The notes under the pieces are model-generated. The model was given only the letters and a program-made list of their open reading frames with translations, was not told where the DNA came from and did no database searches. A stretch of DNA of 55,900 bases, from NCBI GenBank assembly GCA_013152585.1, contig JAADGC010000177.1, forward strand, positions 1 through 55,900. The letters are read 5' to 3'. This stretch comes from Chloroflexota bacterium (lineage in GTDB: Bacteria; Chloroflexota; Anaerolineae; J102). Positions within the stretch are counted from its first letter, which is position 1; each line of letters opens with the position of its first letter. Shown one piece after another: positions 18,170-26,623 of the stretch. The position numbers and the translations under genes were made by a program.

Positions 18170-19333
18170 ATGAAATTGACACGTCACATCCTGGAGCAAC
18201 GCGAGGCTCAGACCCTGGAACCATGGGGTATGAAGAGCGCCGACACAGGCGGCCGCGTGTATGCGGATGATGAGGCCGATTATCGCACCGTCTATCAAAA
18301 AGATCGGGATCGCATCATCCATACCACAGCCTTCCGGCGCCTGGCCTACAAGACCCAGGTTTTTGTTTACCATGAAGGCGACCATTATCGTAACCGGCTC
18401 ACGCACACCATCGAGGTGGTGCAACTGGGGCGGACGCTGGCGCGGGCGCTGGGCGCTAACGAGGATCTCACCGAGGCCATCTGCCTGGCGCATGATCTGG
18501 GACATCCTGCCTTTGGCCACACGGGCGAACATATCCTTAATCAATTGATGAAAGACCATGGCGGCTTCGACCACCAGCGACAAACCATGCGCATCCTGGA
18601 AAAGCTGGAGCAACGCTATCCCGGCTTTCCGGGGCTCAATCTCAGTTACGAGGTGCGTGAGGGCGTTGTCAAGCACGACACTGATTACGATGTCACCAAC
18701 GCTGTTGGCTACGAGCCCCAGTTGGCCGGCACATTAGAATGCCAGCTCGCCAATCTCGCTGATGAGATGGCCTGGAATACCAGCGATCTCGATGACGGGC
18801 TGTACGCCGGCATCCTGCATATCGAGGATCTCGCCCTACAGCCGCTTTGGCAGCAAGTGATGGATTCGTTGGGCGAGCCCTACGCGCCGAGGGATCTGGA
18901 TTCGCTGTTGCGTGCGCGCATTATTCGGCGCCTGGTGGGCCTGGAAATGAAAGATGCCATCGAGTACACGTACTCCCAGCTAGAGGCACACCAGATTCAA
19001 TCGGTGGCGGATTTGCGGGCGCAGGGACGGAATCTGGCCGGATTTAGCCCTGAAATGCAGGCGGCGAACGCTGTGCAAAAAGAGCACCTGTTCAAACATT
19101 TCTATCGTGGTTATCGGGTGATGCGCATGGCAGCCAAGGCCGAACGCATTTTGTTCCCCCTCTTTGAGGCCTATATCTCCGAGCCCAAACAGCTTCCTCC
19201 TTCTACCCTGGCAAAGGTGGAACATTCGGATGAAGGCCTGCATCGGGTGGTGAGCGACTATCTTGCAGGGATGACCGATCGCTACGCTATCCAGGAATAT
19301 AAGCGTCTGTTTGACCCCGAAGAAAGGGTGTAG
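18170..19333 (+). CDS. dgt: dGTPase-family dNTP triphosphohydrolase (HD domain)
   Basis: AGGAAGG SD. DRDRIIHTTAFRRLAYKTQVF, NRLTHTIEVVQLGRTLA and LAHDLGHPAFGH motifs. Confidence 0.85.
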   Translation: MKLTRHILEQREAQTLEPWGMKSADTGGRVYADDEADYRTVYQKDRDRIIHTTAFRRLAYKTQVFVYHEGDHYRNRLTHTIEVVQLGRTLARALGANEDLTEAICLAHDLGHPAFGHTGEHILNQLMKDHGGFDHQRQTMRILEKLEQRYPGFPGLNLSYEVREGVVKHDTDYDVTNAVGYEPQLAGTLECQLANLADEMAWNTSDLDDGLYAGILHIEDLALQPLWQQVMDSLGEPYAPRDLDSLLRARIIRRLVGLEMKDAIEYTYSQLEAHQIQSVADLRAQGRNLAGFSPEMQAANAVQKEHLFKHFYRGYRVMRMAAKAERILFPLFEAYISEPKQLPPSTLAKVEHSDEGLHRVVSDYLAGMTDRYAIQEYKRLFDPEERV

Positions 19334-19345
19334 GGGCGAACGGTT

Positions 19346-20770
19346 TTACCACGATGGCCGGGCGACGCTGCTGACGCCATCTTTTTCGCGGCCAACCAGC
19401 AGCAGTTCCACATAGCGAATCGTGGGGCGGTCTTCCAGAGACGGGCTGAACTCCACGCGGCGTACTTGCCCCACCACTTCCAGCCCCTCGGTCTCGAGAT
19501 GGATGGTGGCACCGGGCTCGAGGGCCACGGGGATAATATCACCATCCAACAATTCCTGGCGTAACGTGGCGTTGCCGTAGACTTGCGGCGGCATGAGTGC
19601 GGCGGTCACGGTACGGATATCCCTCTTCTCGAACAGCCATACTTCCATGGTCAGAACTTGATTCGGATTATCGGCCACGGTCTCGCCCACGCCCATACCG
19701 AATTCGCCCAGATACTCTCCTTCTTTTTCGATGGCAAATATCTGATTATAGTAGGGATCGCCTTCAAAGACGAAGTGCTCGGCATCTTCACCCACTTGCA
19801 AGGGCTGGGCTGGCGGTTGGGGTTCAGACAGGACATCGGGGCCTGGTTCGGGCTCTGACGCCGCGGGTTCTTCGGCCTGGGGCTCCTCGTCTTCCCCGGC
19901 AGACTCTTCGGGCTCTGGCGCGGGTGGGGCGAGTGGCGGCGGGCTGACAAGGTCGGGCTCTGGCAGGCTAGGCTCTTCATCAGCGACCTCAGGAGATGTT
20001 ACTGCCAAATCAGCTTCCTCGAAGGGAACTAAATCCTCATACTCCTCTTCATCCCACTCCTCATCCTCGTCATCTACAATCAGTGGCGCCGCCTCGCCGA
20101 TGGGCGCGGCCGGCCGATCAGGCATGTCTGCATCCTCTGTTGTGTTTTCATCCAGCATATCCTGCAGGCTCATGCTGGGCTCTTCAGCGACGGCGTCCGG
20201 ACGCAGACGGCCGGGCAGATGGAGGGCGCGCGCAATCAGCAAAGCCACGATGATCAACAGGGTAACCAGCAAACCCACGCGCACCTGCACTGTGCCCAAC
20301 AACGAGGCAGTGCCGCTGCCGGACGAAGACGACGGCGCCGCGGGCTGTCCGGCGACCACGCCTTCGGGGGACAGGCGTAGCAAAGTGGCTATTTGCTGCA
20401 ACCTATCGGCCACCGCCGGGTTGATAGTTTCCATTTTGATGGATTCTTCGTGCAACATGGGCCCCAGCTCTTCGGGAGTCCAATACTTGAGCCGCTGGGC
20501 AGTGAGGCCGATATCCTGCGTGGCCGCGTAACTTTCGGCCACCATGCGGAAGTATTCACTACGAGCGTCCGGGCGGAGTTCGTTGGGATAGACTGCTGTA
20601 TAACGGACAGGCACCAGCCACCAGCCCAGCACGAACCAGCCCACCAATATCCCGGCCATGAAGATCAGAAAATAGCGAACGCCTTGCGCCGAGACGTTGT
20701 TCTGACTTTGCAGTTTCCGGTACCGCTGTTGGATCCAGGAGTTGTTGGTGTGTTCACTCATAGGTTTCAC
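19346..20770 (-). CDS. Hypothetical two-TM protein with a long acidic low-complexity linker and a conserved-looking C-terminal domain
   Basis: A GTG at 20770 (3 nt after the xerC stop) or the ATG at 20761. TM helices YFLIFMAGILVGWFVLGWWLV and VGLLVTLLIIVALLIARAL. D/E/P-rich region (DDEDEEWDEEEYEDLVPFEE...). No motif I recognise. Confidence 0.6.
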   Translation of the reverse strand: MKPMSEHTNNSWIQQRYRKLQSQNNVSAQGVRYFLIFMAGILVGWFVLGWWLVPVRYTAVYPNELRPDARSEYFRMVAESYAATQDIGLTAQRLKYWTPEELGPMLHEESIKMETINPAVADRLQQIATLLRLSPEGVVAGQPAAPSSSSGSGTASLLGTVQVRVGLLVTLLIIVALLIARALHLPGRLRPDAVAEEPSMSLQDMLDENTTEDADMPDRPAAPIGEAAPLIVDDEDEEWDEEEYEDLVPFEEADLAVTSPEVADEEPSLPEPDLVSPPPLAPPAPEPEESAGEDEEPQAEEPAASEPEPGPDVLSEPQPPAQPLQVGEDAEHFVFEGDPYYNQIFAIEKEGEYLGEFGMGVGETVADNPNQVLTMEVWLFEKRDIRTVTAALMPPQVYGNATLRQELLDGDIIPVALEPGATIHLETEGLEVVGQVRRVEFSPSLEDRPTIRYVELLLVGREKDGVSSVARPSW

Positions 20771-20773
20771 CCG

Positions 20774-21727
20774 TCAGACTGAATCGAATGAAGGGGGTGT
20801 GGCGTCGGGTAGATGGCCCTGCGCCCGGGGATGGGCATGATCGACTACGCTGCGCAGGTGGCGCAGGGTCACGTGGGTATACAGGGTCGTCGTTTGCAGG
20901 TCTTCGTGCCCCAATAATTCCTGGACCGAGCGCAGATCGGCGCCGCCCTCCAGGAGATGGGTGGCAAAGGAATGGCGGAGGGTGTGCGGCGTGACGCGAC
21001 GGGGCAGGTCTACCATCGCCAGATATTTATCGAGGATGTTGCTGACTGTCTTGGGCGAGCTGATGGGGTGCCCGAAGCGGTTGAGAAACAGAGTCAGGCT
21101 GGGGCGAGAGTGGGCGCTCTGCCGGCACTGGGCAAGGAAGGGTCGGCCCACTTCGATGTAGCGTCGTAATGCCAGGGCCGCGGGGTTGCCCAGCAGGGCG
21201 ATGCGTTGTTTGCTGCCTTTGCCCCACACACGCAACTGTTTTTCGGTCAGATCGACGTCTGCAACTTGCAGGGCCAACAATTCGCTGCGGCGCAATCCGC
21301 CACCATACAGCACTTCCAGCATGGCGGCATCACGCATGCCCAATGGCTGGCTCACATCCGGGGCGCCAAGCAGCTCGAAAACCTGCGCGACGCTGAGATA
21401 TTCGGGCAGCGTGCGCGGGGTTTTGGGGGGCAAAACCTGCGCCGCCACGTTGGTGCTCACAACATTTTCACGTAGCAGATAGCGCAGACAGGAACGCAGC
21501 TCGTAAAGGCGCCGTGCTATCGACTGCGCCTGGTATCCAGAGTGATGTAAATGCGCCATCCAGGCGCGCACCAGCCCAACATCAACATCAAGCCATTGCC
21601 GCACGTCATGCCTGATGGCAAAGGTGACAAATTCTTGAATTTCGGCGCCATAATTGCGTAACGTGTACGGCGAAGCGCCACGTTCTGCCCGCAAATAGAG
21701 CAGATATCGCTCAAGCGAAGATTGCAT
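20774..21727 (-). CDS. xerC: Tyrosine recombinase XerC/XerD
   Basis: LYLRAERGASPYTLRNY, HTLRHSFATHLLEGGADLRSVQELLGHEDLQTTTLYTHV. Confidence 0.85.
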   Translation of the reverse strand: MQSSLERYLLYLRAERGASPYTLRNYGAEIQEFVTFAIRHDVRQWLDVDVGLVRAWMAHLHHSGYQAQSIARRLYELRSCLRYLLRENVVSTNVAAQVLPPKTPRTLPEYLSVAQVFELLGAPDVSQPLGMRDAAMLEVLYGGGLRRSELLALQVADVDLTEKQLRVWGKGSKQRIALLGNPAALALRRYIEVGRPFLAQCRQSAHSRPSLTLFLNRFGHPISSPKTVSNILDKYLAMVDLPRRVTPHTLRHSFATHLLEGGADLRSVQELLGHEDLQTTTLYTHVTLRHLRSVVDHAHPRAQGHLPDATPPSFDSV

Positions 21728-21777
21728 ATAAGTGATCGGGGGAACGGGGGAATTCGATCAGAGATGCAAATAGTATA

Positions 21778-24159
21778 TCACACTTTAGCAGGTGTGGCAG
21801 CAAGCTGTTTGAGGGCTTCTTTGAGAGGCATGGTGAAATCGCAATCGGAATTGGCGCATTTGGCCACGCGCCCGGCCTTGGTCAAAACGCTGCCGCACTT
21901 GGGACATGGCATGGCGATGGGTGCGTTCCAGGATACAAAATCGCAGTTCGGCCAGTTTTCGCAACCATAAAAGGTGCGGCCTTTACGACTACGTTTTTTG
22001 ATAATGCGTCCGCCATCCTGAGGGCACGGCACTCCGGTATCTTCGACGATCTGGCGCGTGTATTTACATTCGGGGTAGTTGGAACAACCGATGAAGCGAC
22101 CATAGCGTCCTTCCCGATAGATGAGATCGTGCCCACAGTCCGGACATGCTTCCCCCACTTTCTTGGGTTCGATCTTTTGGCGCTGCATGTTTTCCTGCGC
22201 ATGCTCCACTGCTTGCTGGAAGGGGGCATAGAACTCTCGTAACACCTCGACCCAATCGGTTTTGCCATGAGCGATGTCGTCGAGCACAGCCTCCATACGG
22301 GCAGTGAAATCGACCTGCAGGTAACGATCAAAATGTGCCGTGAGAAGGTCGTTGACGATTGTCCCTAATTCGGTGGCGTACAGCCGTTTTTGCTGGCGTT
22401 CGACATAGCCCCGATCCTGAATCGTGGATAAAATGGAGGCATAGGTCGAGGGGCGGCCAATGCCGTATTCTTCCAGGGTTTTGACCAGGGTGGCTTCGCT
22501 GTAGCGGGGTGGGGGCTGGGTGAAGTGTTGTTCTGGCAACAATTTCAAGAGATCAAGCTGTTCGCCAGGCGCGAGATCAGGGATGATGATGCCGGTATCA
22601 TCTTTGCTGGTGTCGTCCTCCCGGGTTTCCTGATAGACTTTGAGATAGCCGGGGAAGCGCAGGATGGAGCCGGTGGCCCGGAAGAGATAGGGCTTGAGAC
22701 CCGTGGCGGGGCCGGCTTCGATATCAACCGTGAGGGTGTCGAACACGGCCGGCTTCATCTGGCTGGCCACAAAGCGCTGCCAGATGAGGCGGTACAGTCG
22801 GTATTGTTCGGGTTTGAGATGAGAGCGAACCCTTTCAGGAGTGCGAAAGACTGAGGTGGGACGAATAGCCTCGTGGGCCTCCTGGGCCAGGCGGGATTTG
22901 GTGCGGTAGAAGGGCGGTTTGGCGGGCAGATAGTCTTCCCCAAACGCCTCGCCGACATAGCTTCGAGCTTCGGCCTGAGCCACTTTCGATACCTGGGTGC
23001 TGTCGGTACGCATGTAGGTGATAAGACCTACCGCCCCCTGGGCGCCCAGCTTGATGCCTTCATAAAGCGACTGGGCCGTGCGCATGGTACGGCGGGCACC
23101 GAAGTTCAGGCGGCGCGAGGCTTCCTGTTGCAAGGTGCTGGTGGTGAAAGGGGCCGCGGGGGAACGCTTGCGTGTGCCCTTCTTGACCTTTTTGACCTGC
23201 CATTCCGCTTGTTCCAAATCGGCGACCAGGGCCTGCGCCTCTGCGCCTGAGGCAATGGCGAATTCTTTTCCACGGATGCGCCATAATTTGGCCTGGAACG
23301 CTTGTTTTGCGGCGTCCTGCTTGGCCAGATCGGCGGCAATCGACCAGTATTCTTCGGGCACAAAGGCGTCGATCTCGCGCTCGCGCTCGACAATCAGACG
23401 CAGGGCAACGGACTGCACCCGGCCAGCCGACAGGCCCCGACGCACATTGCGCCATAACAAGGGGCTGATCTTGTAGCCCACAAGCCGATCCAGGATGCGC
23501 CGGGTTTGCTGAGCGTCGACGAGGCTCATATCGATGTGACGGGCATGCCGGAATGCCTCGGTGACAGCATTTTCTGTGATCTCATGAAAAACAACGCGTT
23601 GCGTCTGTTCCGGGGCCAGACCCGTTGCCTCGAGAATATGCCAGGCGATGGCTTCGCCTTCGCGGTCGGGGTCGGTGGCGAGATAAACTTCCAGGGCATT
23701 GTCAACGGCTTGTTTGAGCTCTTTGACGATTTTCTTTTTGTCGCGAGGCACGATATATTTCGGCTGGAAGTCGTGATCGACATCGACCGATAATTTGGAC
23801 TTATAGAGATCGCGCACGTGCCCCACCGAAGCTTTGACGGTGTAGCCCCGGCCCAAGAACCGGCCCACGGTGCGGGCTTTGGCCGGCGATTCGACAATGA
23901 CCAGTTTGCCGTGCGGCGTTGAGGTCTTTTTGTTTTTAGAACCGGCTTTGGCAGTGGCTTTGCGCCGCGTGGTTTTGGCCCTCGCCACGGGTGCGGGTTT
24001 TTCCAGACCTTCGTGGGCAGGGGTGGCACCCATGCGGAACAGGCCGGTGCCGCAGACCGCACACTGGCCGCGGGTTGCCGGGGTGCCGGTTTTGGTGAAT
24101 ACGGCCTGGGGATTGACAACTTCTTGTTTTTTCTTACACTTGACGCAATAAGCTTCCAT
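21778..24159 (-). CDS. topA: DNA topoisomerase I with an extra N-terminal CxxC...CxxC zinc ribbon and a Lys-rich linker
   Basis: Toprim LVIVESPAKARTVG, active-site ITYMRTDS and three C-terminal Zn ribbons (CPDCGH, CPQDGG, CPKCGS). The N-terminus is MEAYCVKCKKKQ...GQCAVCGTGLF. Confidence 0.9.
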   Translation of the reverse strand: MEAYCVKCKKKQEVVNPQAVFTKTGTPATRGQCAVCGTGLFRMGATPAHEGLEKPAPVARAKTTRRKATAKAGSKNKKTSTPHGKLVIVESPAKARTVGRFLGRGYTVKASVGHVRDLYKSKLSVDVDHDFQPKYIVPRDKKKIVKELKQAVDNALEVYLATDPDREGEAIAWHILEATGLAPEQTQRVVFHEITENAVTEAFRHARHIDMSLVDAQQTRRILDRLVGYKISPLLWRNVRRGLSAGRVQSVALRLIVEREREIDAFVPEEYWSIAADLAKQDAAKQAFQAKLWRIRGKEFAIASGAEAQALVADLEQAEWQVKKVKKGTRKRSPAAPFTTSTLQQEASRRLNFGARRTMRTAQSLYEGIKLGAQGAVGLITYMRTDSTQVSKVAQAEARSYVGEAFGEDYLPAKPPFYRTKSRLAQEAHEAIRPTSVFRTPERVRSHLKPEQYRLYRLIWQRFVASQMKPAVFDTLTVDIEAGPATGLKPYLFRATGSILRFPGYLKVYQETREDDTSKDDTGIIIPDLAPGEQLDLLKLLPEQHFTQPPPRYSEATLVKTLEEYGIGRPSTYASILSTIQDRGYVERQQKRLYATELGTIVNDLLTAHFDRYLQVDFTARMEAVLDDIAHGKTDWVEVLREFYAPFQQAVEHAQENMQRQKIEPKKVGEACPDCGHDLIYREGRYGRFIGCSNYPECKYTRQIVEDTGVPCPQDGGRIIKKRSRKGRTFYGCENWPNCDFVSWNAPIAMPCPKCGSVLTKAGRVAKCANSDCDFTMPLKEALKQLAATPAKV

Positions 24160-24192
24160 AAATTTACTGATGGGGAGGGGGATGAGAGTGAT

Positions 24193-25305
24193 TTAGTCGA
24201 TGCGATAAACCGGGCCGGACTCGCGGGCGAGAACATATTGCATGCCCCCGACCTGTCGTACCATACCCTTGAGTTCCAACATCGCCAGGGCACTGGCGAC
24301 TTCGGGAGCGGGCAGTTGCATTATGCGCCCGATTTCATCAATATGCAGAGGTTCTGCCGAGAGTTTTTCCAGTAATTGGGCTTCGGTGGGATCGGTGGGC
24401 AGGATATGACGGGCGTCCAGTTGCTGGGTGACCTGGGTAAGATTGAGGGCTTCGAGGATGTCGTTGGCGCTGAGAGCAGGGGTGGCGCCCTCTTTGAGCA
24501 GGCGGTTGGGACCTTCGCTGGATTGGGAGAGGATGCTGCCGGGTACGGCAAAAACTTCGCGGCCCTGTTCCAGCGCTTGTTTGGCGGTGATGATGGCGCC
24601 CGAACTCCAGCGGCCTTCGACCACAACGACGGCGAGACTGAGGCCGCTGATGATGCGATTACGAGCCGGGAAATGGCGGGCTTCGGGGTGCACGCCCAGG
24701 GCGTGTTCGCTAACCAGGGCGCCCCGCTGGACGATTTGTGCGGCCAATTGCCGGTGTTCGGACGGATAGATGGTGTCAAGGCCGTTGCCCAGCACGGCGA
24801 TCGTGCGTCCGCCGGCTTCAAGGGCGGCACGGTGGGCAATGCCATCGATGCCGCGAGCCAGGCCACTGACAATGGTAACGCCGGCTGCTACCAGGTTCTG
24901 GCTCAGGCGCAAGGCGCATTCGCGGCCATAGACGGTAGAACGCCGGGTGCCCACGATGGCCACGGCGTATTCGTCTTCGGGCAAGAAATCGCCCTTGAAA
25001 AAGAGCAGCGGCGGGGGAGAGGGAATCTGTTTGAGATAGGAAGGATATGCGGGATCGTCCCAAGAGATGAGTCGGACGCCAGCGGCCTGTGTGCGCTCGA
25101 GTTCGGCATCCAGGTTCAGTTGCGAACGGGCAGCCAGGAGGTTGTTGAGTGCCCTCTGTTCCAGGCCCAACTCGGCCAATTCGTGGGCAGGAGCTTGCCA
25201 GGCAGCTTGTACAGAACCGAAACGATTGATGAGACTTTGCAGGCGCCGGGCGCCAATGCCGGGGGTTTTATTGAATCCGAGCCAGTATCGCAACATGTCA
25301 GACAT
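24193..25305 (-). CDS. dprA: DNA-processing protein DprA
   Basis: IGARRLQSLINRFGS (SAM-like), VAIVGTRRST.YG, GLARGIDGIAHRAALEAGG.TIAVLGNGLD and a C-terminal winged-helix-like region. Confidence 0.9.
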   Translation of the reverse strand: MSDMLRYWLGFNKTPGIGARRLQSLINRFGSVQAAWQAPAHELAELGLEQRALNNLLAARSQLNLDAELERTQAAGVRLISWDDPAYPSYLKQIPSPPPLLFFKGDFLPEDEYAVAIVGTRRSTVYGRECALRLSQNLVAAGVTIVSGLARGIDGIAHRAALEAGGRTIAVLGNGLDTIYPSEHRQLAAQIVQRGALVSEHALGVHPEARHFPARNRIISGLSLAVVVVEGRWSSGAIITAKQALEQGREVFAVPGSILSQSSEGPNRLLKEGATPALSANDILEALNLTQVTQQLDARHILPTDPTEAQLLEKLSAEPLHIDEIGRIMQLPAPEVASALAMLELKGMVRQVGGMQYVLARESGPVYRID

Positions 25306-25322
25306 TTACAAATACAAAGGTA

Positions 25323-25343
25323 CGCCCGCCACAGAGGCGGGCG
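25323..25343 (-). terminator. GC-rich hairpin between the small ORF and dprA
   Basis: CGCCCGCC acaga GGCGGGCG. T-rich sequence flanks it on both strands (TTATTTTTT on plus, TACCTTTGTATTTG on minus). Confidence 0.4.
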
Positions 25344-25420
25344 GGGCGACGTTATTTTTTCAGCATACCGACTCTGCCACACTTTGTCAAATCCCCCCGC
25401 AGCTCACCAGCAATGTGAGT

Positions 25421-25672
25421 TCAGCCGCCATTTGACGTGGGCGTGCTAAAAAGTTGTTCGGCTGGCACCGGCGTCACGGAGGGCTCGCCCAGGACTTCAT
25501 CCAGATGGAGCACGGTGAGCCAATCATCGAGGGTGTAGTCTGCCCAGGCTGCGGTCTGTGCCTGATACCTGCCGTCGATACGTTTGTGCGTCTCGTAGAT
25601 CGCGGTCAGGGCAATGAGCAGAGCCAGGAGAAAGATGAGGGCATAGCCCCGGTTAAACCGACGTGTGCGCAT
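25421..25672 (-). CDS. Possible small single-TM protein
   Basis: The internal ATG gives MRTRRFNRGYALIFLLALLIALTAIYE.... There is no convincing SD. The hairpin downstream is the only supporting context. Confidence 0.3.
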   Translation of the reverse strand: MRTRRFNRGYALIFLLALLIALTAIYETHKRIDGRYQAQTAAWADYTLDDWLTVLHLDEVLGEPSVTPVPAEQLFSTPTSNGG

Positions 25673-25724
25673 AAAAGGTGGGAGGTTCCAGAGAGAGTTG
25701 CGGCGCGGGCCGTACGAGGTCAGC

Positions 25725-25776
25725 GGGGAGAGGGGGAGATGGGGTGATGAGGAGATGGGGAGACGGGGTGACGGGG
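25725..25776 (+). other. Six closely spaced G4-5 runs; G-quadruplex-forming potential (C-rich on the minus strand)
   Basis: GGGGagaGGGGGagatGGGGtgatgaggagatGGGGagacGGGGtgacGGGG, with internal GAGATGGGG and GACGGGG repeats. Confidence 0.5.
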
Positions 25777-25938
25777 TCGGTTCAGGTCGGCGCATTCGGC
25801 CCCCGGTCTACCGGTTTCCCAAAAAGGTTCATGGCCATCGGCATCTTCGTCAAAGTGAACCGCTTTGGTTGGGGTTATGCCGCCCGGGCAGGGTGCAATC
25901 GCCGGTATTTGCATCGTAGCCGATTGGCTGCTAAAATC

Positions 25939-25967
25939 TTGCAAGATACCGGCCCTTATGGCATACT
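25939..25967 (+). promoter_or_regulatory. Sigma-70-like promoter for tRNA-Val
   Basis: TTGCAA, 17 nt, CATACT, ending 12 nt before the tRNA 5-prime end. Confidence 0.5.
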
Positions 25968-25979
25968 TAAAAACAGCAC

Positions 25980-26053
<74 letters not shown>

Positions 26054-26058
26054 CTCCG

Positions 26059-26089
26059 CACCGCAGTTGCAAAGCTGCGGTGTTTTTTT
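26059..26089 (+). terminator. Rho-independent terminator after tRNA-Val
   Basis: CACCGCAG ttgcaaag CTGCGGTG followed by TTTTTTT. Confidence 0.85.
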
Positions 26090-26120
26090 GTGCCTTGGGC
26101 ACGAAGAGAATTTTTCTCGA

Positions 26121-26154
26121 TACAAAAGCAGACCGGCTCACGGAACCGGTCTGC
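26121..26154 (-). terminator. Terminator for the small basic protein gene
   Basis: GCAGACCGG / CCGGTCTGC 9-bp stem, followed on the minus strand by TTTTGTA. Confidence 0.6.
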
Positions 26155-26180
26155 CTGACTGACAACAAATAGGGGCGCTA

Positions 26181-26465
26181 TTAAACCGCTAAAAAGTTCA
26201 GTACCAACAACGTCACCACCATGATGCCGGTGACCACGACCATTTTGCGTAGATCGGACACGACGTAATGATACTCGGAGGCGAAATCAACTTCCTGGCG
26301 TTTAGGCGGCACCGCCGCAGTGGCTTTGGTACGGGATGGTGTACGGGATGATGCCTTTTTGGCTACCACCGGGCTATTGCTGGGACCGGTGTAGTTAGGG
26401 ACGTTGGGACGGCGTTGTTTTCGTTTCCGTTGGGAAGCGCTTTTAAATTTCCTTGTTTTGGCCAT
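26181..26465 (-). CDS. Small Lys/Arg-rich protein with a C-terminal TM helix (hypothetical)
   Basis: MAKTRKFKSASQRKRKQRRPN...VVVTGIMVVTLLVLNFLAV. A terminator lies downstream. The track start at 26477 is a GTG. Confidence 0.45.
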   Translation of the reverse strand: MAKTRKFKSASQRKRKQRRPNVPNYTGPSNSPVVAKKASSRTPSRTKATAAVPPKRQEVDFASEYHYVVSDLRKMVVVTGIMVVTLLVLNFLAV

Positions 26466-26623
26466 GTTTCTACTCACTTGAGATAAGAACGTAACTGCTG
26501 CATCTTAGCACAGAAAGGAAGGGATGGGCAAAATGTGGAAGGGAAAGAGAGTCCAGGAACAAACGGTCATTGGCACTCAGGGGGTGACAAGGGCGACGCG
26601 GGGGATGGGGCGAGAGTCCGGAA

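Noticed and set aside
20774-21727. Tyrosine recombinase as a marker of an integrated mobile element
   Set aside because: It sits in the widely conserved dprA-topA-xerC arrangement. It has native-looking composition, no flanking repeats and no phage or plasmid genes. It is best read as the chromosomal dimer resolvase.
24376-25449. 357-aa plus-strand ORF
   Set aside because: It is antisense to dprA and has no motifs. The same applies to 18014-18676 (antisense to dgt), 43154-43966 (antisense to mltG), 12044-12868, 28186-29200, 42464-43153, 48562-49419, 32257-32997 and 188-649 (antisense to the partial TPR gene).
25673-25795. Pro/Ser-rich N-terminal extension of ORF 25421-25795 (MRRPEPTPSPRLPISSSPHLPLSP...)
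   Set aside because: This part is simply the C-rich complement of the G-run tract. If the ORF is real, it more likely starts at the internal ATG at 25672.
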